Origin: Selaginella moellendorffii
Taxonomy: Eukaryota; Plantae; Lycopodiophyta
Assembly (NCBI RefSeq): GCF_000143415.4
Contig: NW_003314261.1
Coordinates: 5,730,360-5,794,359 of the forward strand
Direction: 5' to 3'
DNA: 64,000 nucleotides
Position 1 is the stretch's first letter, and every line of letters starts with the position of its first letter. The position numbers were made by a program, and so were the translations under genes. The notes under the pieces were generated by a model, which was given only the letters and a program-made list of their open reading frames with translations, had not been told where the DNA came from and searched no databases. This document shows positions 24,739 through 39,107 of the stretch, in pieces.

Positions 24739-27702
24739 TCACAAGTTGGTAAATCTCAGGCAAACCCGCGTGTTTGGCGGATAAACGTAGTCCGGGTGAT
24801 TGAACGGAATGTCTAGCTCGATCTTGTTCCCGGCCAGCCACTCGGCAAACAAGTCCCCTCGGCTCTCGAGCCTGGCATAGACGAGATCCGTCCGGAACGG
24901 CGAGTCGAGCTCCTCGAGCGCGCTCCTCACCGCCAGCGCGCTCCTCGTCTCCCTGTGCTTGCCAAACCCCGTCACCACCGTCGCCATGGCCGGCCTCCTC
25001 GCCGGCTCGTTGCGGAGCTTCTCCCTGCTGATGAGCAATCCCTGCTTGAGCCCCACAAGCGCCGTGCCTTCGTCCATGTCCACCAGCCATATGAACCAGT
25101 GATCGTTCGCGTTCTCCCACAGGTTCCTCCGGAAGAGCCGGGTGGCGGCCGCCGCCGCGAAGATCTCGTGCGCCTCCGCCTCGTAGCCATACGTCTGGAG
25201 GTAGTGGACGAGCGCGTCCGCGAACTTGGACGCCCACCCCGACCTCTCCAGCCTCAGGCTGTCGAAGAAACGCTGTGACACCCTCCGGAGCTCCTGGAGC
25301 GGGACTTTGCCTCCCAGGACGTCTTCCAGAAACTTATCCGCCGGGTGCCCCGTCTTGCGCATGTAATCCCGCAAGAGATCCACGTACTCCTTGCAGCACT
25401 CGCAGTAATAGTTGAAGAGGTACGTGTAAGTTTGTAGAGTCGCCTTGACACCCCACCCCGGCATCGCGTCGAGAATGCCTGCCACTGGCTCCAAGTCGAG
25501 TGCTTTGATGTAAGCGTCGATGAGAGCGTTGCACATCTCGGGACTGGGAGTAATCCCCCGGCTCCTGGCCTTGTCGAACCATTTCTTCGCATCAGGAGCA
25601 CACCCCTGCCTGGCCCAAGCGCTGATGATCGTGCAGTATGAGAACTTGTCCGGGACCAGGCCGGCCTTTTCGATGTCCTCCACGGCCCACTCGGCCTCCC
25701 GGCAGCGACCCGCAAGGCCGAAGAAGAGAATAGCGTTGTTGTAGACGTATAAGTCCGGCGGCAAGTTGGAGTTGAGGTACTCGCAGTAGATCTTCTCGGC
25801 GAGCATGAAGTTGAGCGACTTTGCGTACATGTTGAGGACGATCGCGTAAGTCACCGTCGAGGGACGGATGCCGCAAACTTTCATGTAGTCGAGAGCCTCG
25901 TCGGCCAGGCCCAAGTCTTTCCACTTGCTGAAGTTGGCGATCATGCTGTTAAAGACGTACTCGTCGGGCTTGAGCTTCCTGGACTGTAGCTCGAGGAAGA
26001 GCTTCCTCACTTCGCTCACTCGCCCAGCTTTCCCCAGCAAGTCGATGAGAAGAGCATACGTGCAAACGTCCGGCTCGAAGCCAAAGTCCGGAAATTCCCT
26101 GAACAAGTCCATGGCGTCGTCCATCCGATTTGCAGAGCCGTAGCACTTTATCATGTTGTTCACCGTGACGAGATCCGGCTTGAGGCCCTTCTCACGCATC
26201 TCGTCGAATAGTTTTCGACCCTGTGTGTAGTTCCCGCAAGTTCCCAGCACCCGGATCATCATCGAGTAGTTCATCGCGTCGTGCTTGAAGAAAGGGACCG
26301 ACTTGGCCCATGTAAAAAACTCGAGAGCCACTCGCCAGTCTCTGACTCGCTTGAGCACCTCGCACACCTGGTAAGGAAGAATCTTGGCGTGCTTGAACTT
26401 CTCCAGTGTCGCTACTTTGTCTTTGTTCCAAGTTCCTCCAGCGTTGAGGATCTCGGACAAGCTCGCAACGATCACTGCTCCACGCCCAGGAATAAGCGGA
26501 GGAACCTCGTAAGTTGGCTTCACGACCGCCAGCTGAGTGGTAGTACCACCACTCTCCACGGCTTCTAACTGCGACGGTGAAGAGGCTTGTACCTCGCTAG
26601 GATGATCCTCAAACCGTGGAACCAGCTTCTTGACGTATCTCTGGAACCTGTCAAACCGCCGGTCCTCTCGAGCTGACAATTCTTCCTCCGTCCTTGGAGC
26701 TTTTTGTCTCGCTCCTTCGTCCTGTTCCTCTTCTACCCCTTCTTCTTCTCCCTCCTCCAAGCCACTCTCTTGCTGGTGATCTTCACTGCGACTTGGATTG
26801 TCCATCTCCTCCGGCAGCACTCCGGTGTATACAGCATTCAAGTTCCTGGGTCGCTTCACCCACAGAGAATGGAAAGGTGGCGGTTGTATCCTCTTGGGCT
26901 TCTTCCTCCTCAATCGCTTCAAAATCTCTGGCGATCGCCAGGGGACCCTCTCCTCCTCGTCATCCGACTCTGGCAAGCCTTGCACCCGCCGGCTATATCT
27001 CTTCTCCACCTCACTCATATTCTCGGCCACCTTCACAGCCTGCTTCTCCCTCTTCTCCTCCTTGTAGAGCTCCATAAGAATGTAGTCGCGCTGCCAGCGG
27101 CGGAGCTTATCGGGGGCCTCGCGGCTCCACTTGTGTCTCGCGTTCTCGGCCTCCACGACGCTCACGTCGTGCCGGATCGTCGCCATGAGCCTCGCGTGTT
27201 CTTCCAGCTTCTGCTGCCGCGTCCGGTATGGGAATGGCATGTTGGCGGAGATGAGGCAATTGTCACGCTCGGTCGGCCCTCCAGGCATCGCTCGCGTGCT
27301 GATCATCCGCAGCTCATCCAATCCTTGCTCCTCCAGGAGCTCCGCCGCCGGCATTGCCTGCCACTGGTAGATTGGCGGCTCCCCAACTAGCTCTCGCTTG
27401 CGCCGCAGCTCGTGATGGCCCCCCGCCCTCTTCCACTTCCTCTTCTCCGCCTTGGTCATCCTCTTCCTCGTCGTGTCCACCGTCTCCGGGAACTCTTGGC
27501 GGGCCTCTTGCTGCCGCCGCGCTCGCCTCGCGGCCAGATGCTCCCGCCGCCGCCGCTCGATCAAGGATTCCTGCGGCTGCTGCTGCTGCTCCGACGCCGG
27601 CCATTCCCGGGGCGATCGCGCTGCCGAGTCGTGGAGGAACTGGCGAGAAATCCTGGAGCGTACCTGGCGGCTCGAAATTTCCCTCAGCCATACCCACATC
27701 CC
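24739..27702 (-). CDS. P-class PPR protein with C-terminal SMR domain and long charged N-terminal extension
   Basis: ALEFFTWAKSVPFFKHDAMNYSMMIRVLG, about 8 P repeats, and SMR-like WFIWLVDMDEGTALVGL...TVVTGFGKH. Likely start MWVWLREISSR (ORF track begins at 27756). Confidence 0.88.
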   Translation of the reverse strand, partial: GMWVWLREISSRQVRSRISRQFLHDSAARSPREWPASEQQQQPQESLIERRRREHLAARRARRQQEARQEFPETVDTTRKRMTKAEKRKWKRAGGHHELRRKRELVGEPPIYQWQAMPAAELLEEQGLDELRMISTRAMPGGPTERDNCLISANMPFPYRTRQQKLEEHARLMATIRHDVSVVEAENARHKWSREAPDKLRRWQRDYILMELYKEEKREKQAVKVAENMSEVEKRYSRRVQGLPESDDEEERVPWRSPEILKRLRRKKPKRIQPPPFHSLWVKRPRNLNAVYTGVLPEEMDNPSRSEDHQQESGLEEGEEEGVEEEQDEGARQKAPRTEEELSAREDRRFDRFQRYVKKLVPRFEDHPSEVQASSPSQLEAVESGGTTTQLAVVKPTYEVPPLIPGRGAVIVASLSEILNAGGTWNKDKVATLEKFKHAKILPYQVCEVLKRVRDWRVALEFFTWAKSVPFFKHDAMNYSMMIRVLGTCGNYTQGRKLFDEMREKGLKPDLVTVNNMIKCYGSANRMDDAMDLFREFPDFGFEPDVCTYALLIDLLGKAGRVSEVRKLFLELQSRKLKPDEYVFNSMIANFSKWKDLGLADEALDYMKVCGIRPSTVTYAIVLNMYAKSLNFMLAEKIYCEYLNSNLPPDLYVYNNAILFFGLAGRCREAEWAVEDIEKAGLVPDKFSYCTIISAWARQGCAPDAKKWFDKARSRGITPSPEMCNALIDAYIKALDLEPVAGILDAMPGWGVKATLQTYTYLFNYYCECCKEYVDLLRDYMRKTGHPADKFLEDVLGGKVPLQELRRVSQRFFDSLRLERSGWASKFADALVHYLQTYGYEAEAHEIFAAAAATRLFRRNLWENANDHWFIWLVDMDEGTALVGLKQGLLISREKLRNEPARRPAMATVVTGFGKHRETRSALAVRSALEELDSPFRTDLVYARLESRGDLFAEWLAGNKIELDIPFNHPDYVYPPNTRVCLRFTNL

Positions 27703-27981
27703 ACATTCTCGCTCAAACCCTAAATTCTGGAATATGCTCCATTTACATATTGTCACCTTTATAATCTAATCTTCAGTTTAGGACACGTTGCCCTAAACTA
27801 CCGGGAAGTTCTAAACCCTAATCCCTCTATTCTTCCAAAAAACTGGATCACGCAGCGCAACGTCTCAAGCATTCGTTTTTGTTGAGGTCCAAGCGTCTTA
27901 AAGAGGAGCTCGAGGTCTTCATCTGGGTCTTCGAGCCTGCTCTTTTGATCGAAGGGCCAACGATCGTTCTTCCCATTTCTG

Positions 27982-29229
27982 TCAGGCCCACTTGTTGGTT
28001 TGCCGGAGACGCCTCTTGGTTCCACTCTTGCCAGGAACTCCTCGCTTGCTCTTGCATTTGCCGTAGAAGAGCGTGTTCCCTCCTCCAGCCATGTTGAGCC
28101 TGGGCGTCACAAACCTCTTCTTCTTCTTCCCTTTGCCATCTTCTTCTTCCCTTTCGGATGGTTCTTCGTCAATCGCGGCATCGGCACTAGCGGCGGCAGC
28201 GGCAGCCTCGGCCTCTTGGATCAGAATCGGCTTGGTCTGCGCGAGGCCTCGCCGCGAAGCCATGCGAGAGACGTACGCATGGAGGACCTCCTTGTGGAGC
28301 TCCGGGGGGACGTTACCACACTGGAGCTTGAAGAGGAACCTGTTCATGGTCTGGAGCTCCCGCTTCCAGTAGAGGCAGAGATCGTTCTCGAGCTTGTGGT
28401 CGGGCTTGTTGAGGAGGTACTCGTCCAGCCCCCCGGCCTTGTCGATGCAGCGGAGGGCGTGGGTGGTGACGTGCACGCGGATGAATCTGTCAAGGCTGAA
28501 GCTGTAGAGACGCTTGAGCCGAACGTTGGGTTTCCATGTCCGCCGAGTCCTGCGAAGGAAGAAAAGTTTGAGATCATCAGCCTTTGTGAGAAATATGAAA
28601 GAGCTACAATCGGAATGACTAGCTAGCACTGATAATCGTCAAAGGTAAACCAAGCAAAAGGCCGATCAACTTAGATGGTTCTGCTAAACAATGCAAAGAA
28701 TGCCACACACGAACATAAGCGAGACTGATAGGGATCAAAAGTACTCTTTTGATCGTCAAGAGCGCTTTTAGAAATCCTCCTAGCATCAAAACCAATTACT
28801 CGAAGATACACTACCAATGCACACTAGCACAAATTCAGCCAGAAAGCAGAAAAAAGAAGGGACAAGAACACAATGCCAAAACTTCCAAAAGCACTCTTCT
28901 GATCGTCAGGAAATCCTTTAGAAATCCTCCTAGCAAACGACAAATCTTTACTCCAATGCACACAAGCAACAGCCACACAAATTCCAGAAAGAAGAAAAAA
29001 GAAGACCAAGAACACAATGCAGGGCTGTTACTTACTTGTTACCCCCCTTCTCGCTCACTTTGTTCCCAAACTGGATGTGGCGACCAGCGAAAATGCCACG
29101 CTTGGCCCGGCCCATGATGATCTTCTCGCCATTCAGCACAACCCTGGCCCTGTTACTCTTCATCCGGTTGCGGCACATCTTCTCCGCCGCCTTGAGCAGC
29201 TGATCCTTCCAGAATCCCGATCTCGGCAT
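27982..29229 (-). CDS. Mitochondrial ribosomal protein bL28m (2 exons, ~490-nt intron)
   Basis: RAKRGIFAGRHIQFGNKVSEKGGNK|TRRTWKPNVRLKRLYSFSLDRFIRVHVTTHALRCIDKAGGLDEYLL. Confidence 0.92.
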
Positions 29230-29299
29230 CGAGGCGTCGTCACATAAACCCTAGAAATATTTTGACAAGAAATTTAGGGCTCTTCCCATCTGGTCGAGA
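29230..29299. promoter_or_regulatory. 70-bp divergent promoter between bL28m and EMC8/9 with telo-box-like AAACCCTA
   Basis: Opposed start codons at 29229 and 29300; aaaccctag at about 29247 and tttagggc at about 29273. Confidence 0.55.
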
Positions 29300-30154
29300 A
29301 TGAAGTACCAGATCTCCCAGACGGCCTACGTCAAGCTCGCGCTCCACGCCCTCAAGCACAGATCGGCAGCTGTGAATGGGATTCTAGTCGGCAGAGTAAG
29401 CGGCGGGGGCGGCGGCGGAGGGGCGGAGGAGGATTCCGCCGCTACCGTCTCGATTGTGGACTGTGTGCCCCTCTTTCACGGTCAGCTGGGTTTGCTTCCC
29501 ATGCTAGAGCTTGCTTTGACACAGGTAAGCGATTCTTCCTCCAGAAAGAATGGTTTTTTTCTACTTTTGATCCTAGATCGAAGAGTATTTTTCCTCCCAT
29601 CAAGAGGGTCTTAGCATTGTTGGATGCTACCATGCGAATGAGCGATTTGACGACTACGATCTGAGTGGAATCCCTCGAAAGATTGGCGATCACATTGCTC
29701 GCTATTTCTCCTCGGCTTGCGTCCTTCTGGTGAGGCTATGATCCTTTGTTTTTCCTTCTGCCTCGTGCTAGAAATTTTCTAACTTCTCTTCAGCTAGACA
29801 ACAGGTTGCTAGAGTCTCTCGCTAAAGCCGGAAAAAAACCGGCTGTCCAGGCAAGTTTCGTCGATCCTTGTCATGTGGCTTTGAGCTGAGATTGAAGAGT
29901 TCTCACAGCTTTTTACACGCGATTCCTCTCGAGGATGGCGCTCGGCACCAGGAAGCAGTGATCTCGTCCTCGCCGAATCCACCGCGAACGAGATTCTCTA
30001 CGATTACATCCTGGAAGGGAGGGAGCAAAGTGTCACAGACTTTGACGATCATTTGGACGATATAAGCAAGTAAGACGAGATGGTTTCATTTGTAGCTATC
30101 AAAATTTTTACAAAATTTTTCAGGGATTGGTTGAACCCAGGCTTGTTCGATTGA
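29300..30154 (+). CDS. ER membrane protein complex subunit 8/9 homolog (UPF0172)
   Basis: AYVKLALHALKH..AVNGILVG..IVDCVPLFH..LLPMLELALTQ|IVGCYHANERFDD|LDN|...DFDDHLDDISK|DWLNPGLFD*. One GC-AG intron at 29851. Confidence 0.92.
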
Positions 30155-30351
30155 TCAGCAAAAGTACTACAAATTTATAAATGGCCCATAAAAAAAACTC
30201 CTTGTTGCGTTGTCAACGCTCGGTCAATGTGGTCAATGAGGTCAACATTTTTCTTGCATGAGATAGTCCGCCAGTAGACTATAGGCCGTGGGCCGTGGAC
30301 CGTGGACTCTCCCTAATAGTGTTGGTGACAAAGAAGCACGCAGCCCTGGCG

Positions 30352-30846
30352 ATGGCGGCAGCCATGCTCTTCCCGATTTCCTCGCCCGGATTCTCCCACT
30401 GGCGAATTGGGCGCTGCGATTTCCAAGAGCGCAACCGCAGCGTCAAGCTAAAATCGTCCAATGCGGCCCATCCAATCGCCGCCAAGGTAAAGCTCCAGCT
30501 CCAGTTAATCGATCCTTAGTTTTCTCCTCCTCTTTTTGAAGAACAACGGCCAATTGGATGGCGATCGCGCCGGGAAGGACGCCAGAGATGTCTTGGGCGG
30601 CGATCCAGCTGCTTGCTGCTCTCGGTGTGGATCCAGTGGCTCTGTGCAGTGCTTGACATGCTCGGGGACGGGACTGTACGTGGAGTCCATTCTAGAGAGC
30701 CAAGGGATCATCGCAAAAGTCCGATGTTTGGGTAAGCCTGGGACTCTTTTCTCGTTCTCGAGGATCTATTGCCTTGTCCAATCACAGGTTGCGGTGGCGC
30801 TGGAAGAATCATGTGTCCTCAATGTGGAGGGCGATGCCATGCTTGA
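30352..30846 (+). CDS. DnaJ-like zinc-finger (CxxCxGxG) protein, probably plastid-targeted
   Basis: CSRCGSSGSVQCLTCSGTGLYVESILESQGIIAKVRCL|GCGGAGRIMCPQCGGRCHA*, with a transit-peptide-like exon 1. Confidence 0.85.
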
Positions 30847-31216
30847 AGATCTCCCATCTTTTTGTAAATAAACCATGGTTTTGCTAGAAATCTTCTCAAG
30901 AGATAACTATCAAGTTTTTTCTAGCGAAGAATAGTTTTTCGATCACAAGCTAAAGCTTGAGATAACATGGCGACGGGTGTGTCTTATCCACACCGACCAC
31001 GTGGCAGCGTTGCTTCCCATAGCCTGGCTCTCTTTCCAGCGTTTAGGAGAGAGCTCGTATAAGCAAACCAGAGATCACTGCGAATATGCCGCAGATGTTA
31101 GATGAATTATTGTCAACCACAATTTCCCTTGGTCGCGGCTTCAAGATAGTGTTCTCCTTCCAAGTTTTTCCTCTCTTCCTCTTTTTTTCTTCTTCTTTGG
31201 TTGAAGGAAGAGGGCG

Positions 31217-33031
<1,815 letters not shown>

Positions 33032-33208
33032 TTCTCTCTTTCTCTCTGTCTCACTATAAACAGTATCGATCGTGTTTCACAAGTTAAACAATGGCATCTA
33101 ATAATTACTTGTGATATTGTTCGATGAATGATTGAATCATTATACTTCTTATAGTTGTGAGCAGTTAATTATTCAAATGATGATCAACCCTAAAGTAGTG
33201 ATGTTAAT

Positions 33209-33479
33209 CTACTTGAATGGAACATTCTTTGGAGCCGAGGATGTCCAGTCCCTCCTTGCTGTTGAGCAGCGGTCTTTGCCCATGTCACTAGATTTATTTG
33301 ACCGGGTGGCTGGCACATGTCGACCGGCTTCTGCCCGACAGTAGCCCCAGTAGCACGACCCCGTAGCGGTAGACATCGCTCTTCGTCCGGTCATTGCGTA
33401 CTCTGGAGCTACGTAACTGCGGCAACCAGAGCCCAGTTTCTCGGATGACAAGGAGCAAAACTACGCTTTTGAAAATCAC
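33209..33479 (-). pseudogene. Receptor-like kinase subdomain VIII-IX fragment, frameshifted
   Basis: YVAPEYAMTG and KSDVYRYGVVLLGLLSGR lie in different frames; no other kinase subdomains seen. Confidence 0.75.
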
Positions 33480-34711
33480 TGCTTACCTGAATGTTCCTAT
33501 TACTCAGTAGAAATGTGGTTCATCTCGTCAAGATCCACAGAGATGTTTATGCTAGGCACAAGCATATGCATGCATTCAGTGAAAGACAAAAGGAATACTG
33601 CTCGCGTGAGTGGCATACCCAAGACAATAGAATGCTACTACCAAGCATGACAATGCCAAACAATAAAAAACAAGCACCATTTCTCCAGGCTCCAGCGCAT
33701 CAGCAATCCGCTTCTTTGTGAGCCTGATATCTCGGGAAATGTCGTGCTCGGAAACTTCTTTATCTTTTGTCGTGAGGCGTTCAAAGTGTCTACCTCCGCA
33801 CTGTCAAGCCATGCGTCCTGGAAGAAAGGAGGGAAAAGGGAAATCAAAGCCAGGAGAAAGACTTTCTCACATACTAGAGCCTTGAAATTGGTCGCGTCCA
33901 CATAATGGCCCATCGTAGTATTTCTTCTCTTTCGCATTTAAGTTGAATGGCTCCATCTTAGCTCAAACAGGTAACAAGGAAAGGATCGCTAACCATCTGT
34001 GCACTACGCAGGCAACAACGCCATCTAAGCATCGCCTCAGAGAGAGAAATCACTCCATTGAACTAGTTGATATTACATTAATGATGTCGCAGAAACGAGC
34101 TTAGAAGTGTTGGTACTGGAATCTCCTCTCTTTTGAGCTCCTTCCTTGAGAAGGCCTTGGTGTGGGGTGGAAAAAGACCATCTTTGCTGTGTTTCAACTT
34201 TGTTGTACTGGGTGTATTTATAGTTGATAGTGGAAAGAATGTGGCCTTCAATCTTGTTGCTCTTTTGGGGGTTGGGTAGTTTTTGAGTTGAGCTCAAGTT
34301 AATGAAAATCAATGAAAGTCAAAGGAGGTTAATATAATCCCCTAACTACCGAAAGTTTAATGGCATTACCTTTGAACCAAGAATTTTTTTTATATAAAAT
34401 CTAGATGTTTAAGGTATTTCATAAGCTCATGTAGATTATTGGTTCGACACAAACTAATCTTTTAGTCTACAAAGAAAGAAAATAATATATTAAAAAAACA
34501 TAATTTGTGAGTGCATGGAATATGGAAAAGGAATACAGAAATGTGCATCTCAATTAACCCAAAAACCCTAGCTTATATACAGGAGCGAGTGGTCCGGATT
34601 GAAACCAATCCGACGGCTACCAAAATCCACTACGCTAATATTAGTATACGGCATCGTAGCCGTACACTTGGCCCTCACATCATCCCCTCCTCTCGGAATA
34701 ATGGAAGGCCG

Positions 34712-37700
34712 TCAGGGTTCTCTTGTAGATGGGCCGGGATCTGGAGGAACGTCAGGAGGAGGCATCGGTGGATCTGTAGACGGTATTAATTGCTCTTGAT
34801 CCCTTTGTATGAAGCGTTTTAATCGCTACACATGCACAATCTCCGGAGGATCGGCCTACTGAACGTCATGCCGAACCTCATAAACTTGTGGTCCAACTTG
34901 CCGCAACACCCGATACGGTCCTTTCCACTGCGCAAGGAGCCCCTTAGATAAACCACGTACCGTAAGATGGGGAAAACGGACTAACACCAAATCATCCACT
35001 TTGTACTCCGCTGGTGGACGATGATGGGAATTGTAGCGCCGTTGTTGTCCCACTTGTACGCGGCCTAAGTGTTCAGCAGACTCTGCTCGGACAAGTGGAA
35101 GAATGCTTGTCAAATATTGATCCCATGACCTAGCATCAGGAGCTCATGGTAATCGCGAAGGTAAACCCAGCTCTGTTGGTAATATTGGATCATGACCATA
35201 TAGAAGTTTATATGGTGAAGCACCAATAGAACTCTGCACCCCTGTGACATAAGCATACCGAAGAGACGGCAAATAACCATCCCAATCCGAATGTTGAAAG
35301 TTCACATACTTCGCAATCATCCCTTTGAATGTCCGAACGAGCCGTTCCACCAGACCGTCTGATTGTGGATGATAAGCACTCGTAAAAGTGTGGTGTATCC
35401 CCAACCGAGATGTCAAAACATGAAATACCTCAGCCATAAATGTAGGACCATTATCCGAAAGAATCCGTTCTGGACAAGAATGCTGGAACACCACTCGATT
35501 GAGGAGGAAGTATCCAACAGCAGTTGTAGAGGCACTAGCAAGAGCACCAACTTCCACCCAACGAGTCAAGTAGTCAGAAGCAATAATAACATACTCATTG
35601 CCAGCAGTCAATCGCGGAAAAGGTCCCATAAGATCAAACGCCACCAACTCAAATGGACGAGAAACTGCAATTGACTCCAACCGTCCTTCCGCAGCACAAG
35701 GGGGAGTATTACGAGCTTGGCACCAAACGCAGCTACGCACATACCGAATAATATCACGTCGCATCTCTGGCCAATAAAAAGATCTGCGCAGCTTCTCAGT
35801 GACACGACGGTGTCCCATATGCCCACCTAGAATAGGAGAATCATGGTAGGCATGGAGAAACCGCGGAATAAACACCGAAGGCACCACCAGCCGTAAATGA
35901 GCATCAGGATCTGTCCCCACAAAATAAAGAAGGCCATCTTCAAGGCGATATTGAGAATGTAAATGCCGAAAAGGCAAGTCATCAGCAAGTGATGCAGGAT
36001 TCTCAAACCCATCTCGAAGCCTTCGAATCCACGGCTCAATCTTTTGAGCCTCGCAAACCTCATCCAGAGAAGGTAGATCTTGCTCTACGCCCTGTGGACA
36101 CTGAACGTCAAGGACAGCAACCGCCGACGGCACAGAATCCTCATCTAGAAAATCCACAGATGCTGGAACAACAGGTTCGTCAGAAATATGAGAAGTGAGT
36201 GGAGAAGGAAGAGGAGCTCGAGAAAGGGCATCAGCATCAGCCATAGAACTCCCTGGGCGATGAACAACATCGAAATCATATATCTGAAGCTTCAAAGCCC
36301 ATTGAGCCGTACGACCAACCAGGTTCTTCTGCTTCAATAATGAAGTAACAGCAGCATGGTCACCTTCAAGTAACGTCCGAGAACCATGTAGATAGGCATG
36401 AAGTTTCTCGAAACCCCAGACTACTGCTAAACACTCCTTCTCCGTCGTGGAGTAGTTCATCTCCGCTGGTTGTAATGTACGGCTTATGTATGCAATGGGA
36501 TGGCGCTGACCAGGCACACTCGAGCTCTCTTGCATCAACACACCTCCAAGACCAATGTCAGAAGCATCCACGCGCAAAATAAAAGGTCGAGTGTAGTCAG
36601 GATATGCCAAAACCGGAGGAGTCGTCAATAGCTCTTTGAGATTCACGAACGCCCGCTCACAATCGGGAGACCAAATGAAAGATGACGTTGATGACTTCAG
36701 CAATGCTCGCAATGGTAAAGTGCGATCGGAAAGATGATCCACAAAACGACCGAGATACTGCACCTTACCCAAAAAACGCTGCACATCATTCACACACTTC
36801 GGAGTAGGGAACTTTAGAACAGCCACAAGTTTGTCAGGATCAACTTGCAAACCCTCACGAGAAATACGGTACCCAAGATAAGTTGTGTCCTTGGACCCAA
36901 ACACACACTTCGACCGCTTCAGATTTAAACCAACGTCGCGTAGCTGATCCAACACTTTACAAACATCACGAACATGCTCCTCCCACGTCCCCTCCGAGTG
37001 GATCAAGACATCATCAATGAAGTCAGCCGTCACCTCCGGCATATCGCAAAGAACCTCGTCCATCATCCGCTGAAAAGTTGCTGGAGCATTGTTCAAACCA
37101 AACGGCATCACCAAAAACTCGTACAAACCAAATGGTGTACGAAAAGCAGTCTTAGGAATATCGTCTTCAGCCATCGGTACTTGCCAATACCCAGAAGCAA
37201 GATCTAGCTTGGTGAACCAATGACTTCGCCCCAGACGATCCAAGAGATCAGCAGTGTGAGGAAGAGGGTACACGTCCGGGATCGTCACTTCATTTAACGG
37301 ACGATAGTCGATGCAGAAACGAATACTCCCATCAGGCTTCGTCACAAGATGAGGTTCACATGCCCAAGGACTCCGCGACTTCCGAATAACACCCTTCTCC
37401 AACATCTCTTTGACGTTTGCACGTAAAATCTTGATCTCCTTGGGTGACCGATGACGAACAAGAACCTTGATTGGACGAGCATCCCCGGTTGGAATGGGAT
37501 GACGTGTGGCAATCTTGGCCCCAGACGATAGGTCAAATTCAAAGAGATCAGAATACTCCTTCATGAGCCATTCAATTGCTGCAACACAAAGATCATCGGA
37601 GGGATTGGAAAAGGGAAGAGCAGAACAAGATGGAAACACAAGAGGAAATAATGGGGGAACAAAAGTAATGGAAGCAGAGGTAGAAGTAGAGGGACGAAGA

Positions 37701-38200
37701 GGTACGGAAGTGAGAGGAATGGATGAAACATAAGGAAGTATGAGACAAGGGGGAAAAGCCTCAAAGTCACACTTGGCATGATTGTGCTGCAACCAATCCA
37801 TACCAAGAATGAGGTCAAAAGCTTGACTCGGCACCACCCGCAACGACTGCAACTCAAGCTCGAGATCACCCACACGCACAACCAGGTCTGCCTCATCTCG
37901 TGCACATGCATGTGTGCGGCCGTTGCCATAAAGAATGAAAACTGGATCCGCCGCACGACGCAAGTGTAGACGACAACGTGTGGCAACAGGTTGAGCAATA
38001 GAAGATAAACTCGAACCTGTATCAACCAACACAGAGAGAAGAATAGAAGACCTCATGTTATAAAATCGAGCTTGGAAAGTAAACACTGGATGAACCGGTG
38101 CCGAGTGAACCCCTTGATGATACTCCCGAAAGAAAGATGGAGGGGTCACTAACTTATTTGCGCAAGGTCCCTCCATTACTCGCGCGACTCCTCGTTTCCC
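34712..38200 (-). pseudogene. pol: pol of copy A (PR, RT, RNase H, integrase with GPY/F motif); premature stops at 35144 and 34856
   Basis: LVDTGSS, RFCIDYRPLN, KLDLASGYWQV, MPFGLNNAPATFQ, FIDD, DASDIGLGG, HHCC, SDNG, WKGPYRV. Confidence 0.93.
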
Positions 38201-39107
38201 GAATGCACCTTGGTATCCAAACCTTCCACCGCAGCAGCACCAACGGGACGTTGCTGACGCCAAAGTCTCCACCCAGGAAATGGAGGTCGCCAATCCGGAA
38301 AGCGCCGACAACGCCGATAAGTATGACCAACTTCATCACACGCCCAGCAACGAATGTCACGGCCACGACCACGTCCTCGCCCTTGTCCTTGGACTCGAGT
38401 AGCAACAGCATCAACCTCCATGGGAACAGGACCATCACTCATAGGAAGTGGAGCTGAAGGACGTGTAGCAAGAAGTGGAAGAGGCGACGTCTCATAACGT
38501 TGTGCCAAGCGAAGAGCATCGTCAAGAGTGGCAGGAGCAAGTGCATGCACAAGTCCGACAAGATCTTGACGAAGTGCTGGCCACAGCATTCCTAGCTTGA
38601 TCCGCTCCGACATATTTGGCTCCGCACGAAGCAAAAGACTTCGGAAACGAACACCAAATTGCATCACTGACTCAGATGGCCCTTGGCGAAGACGATGCAA
38701 TTGTTGGAAGGCATCATCACAATCGTCGGCGTGTCCGAAGGTGCGTTTGAAGACGTCCGGAAGAACACTCCAATCGCCACGAGTAGCTGCGCTCAATCCA
38801 TTGTACCACTGCAATGCCGTCCCTTGAAGACATGTGGGGAACTCACGCAAATGTCGAGCATCATCCCAAGAATGATATGTGGCAATCACCATGAAGTGAT
38901 CGAACCAATGGTACACATCATCCCAGGATTCCCACGAAAGAACTCCGGCCGAACGCGAGGATTGGCACCAAAAGCAGGAGGAGTTGTACCATGTGCCGTG
39001 AACGCCGCCATCAATTGAGTTTGGTTGTTCAATTGCAAGCGCATAGCATCAAGCAATTGAACCAACTGTTGCTCTAGAGTCAAAGGAGGAGATTACGGAT
39101 CGGCCAT
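38176..39107 (-). pseudogene. gag: gag of copy A (1-bp deletion near 38922)
   Basis: Matches the intact gag at 60890-61822 but is one C shorter (tcccagg vs tccccagg). Zinc knuckle CWACDEVGHTYRRC. Confidence 0.9.

Noticed and set aside
33638-34050. Possible spliced gene fragment on the minus strand
   Set aside because: An acceptor-like site is present but there is no coherent gene model or recognisable homology.
34511-34789. Short + strand ORF repeated at 39346, 49199 and 62061
   Set aside because: It is the LTR sequence read from a GTG start; the repetition is explained by the LTRs.
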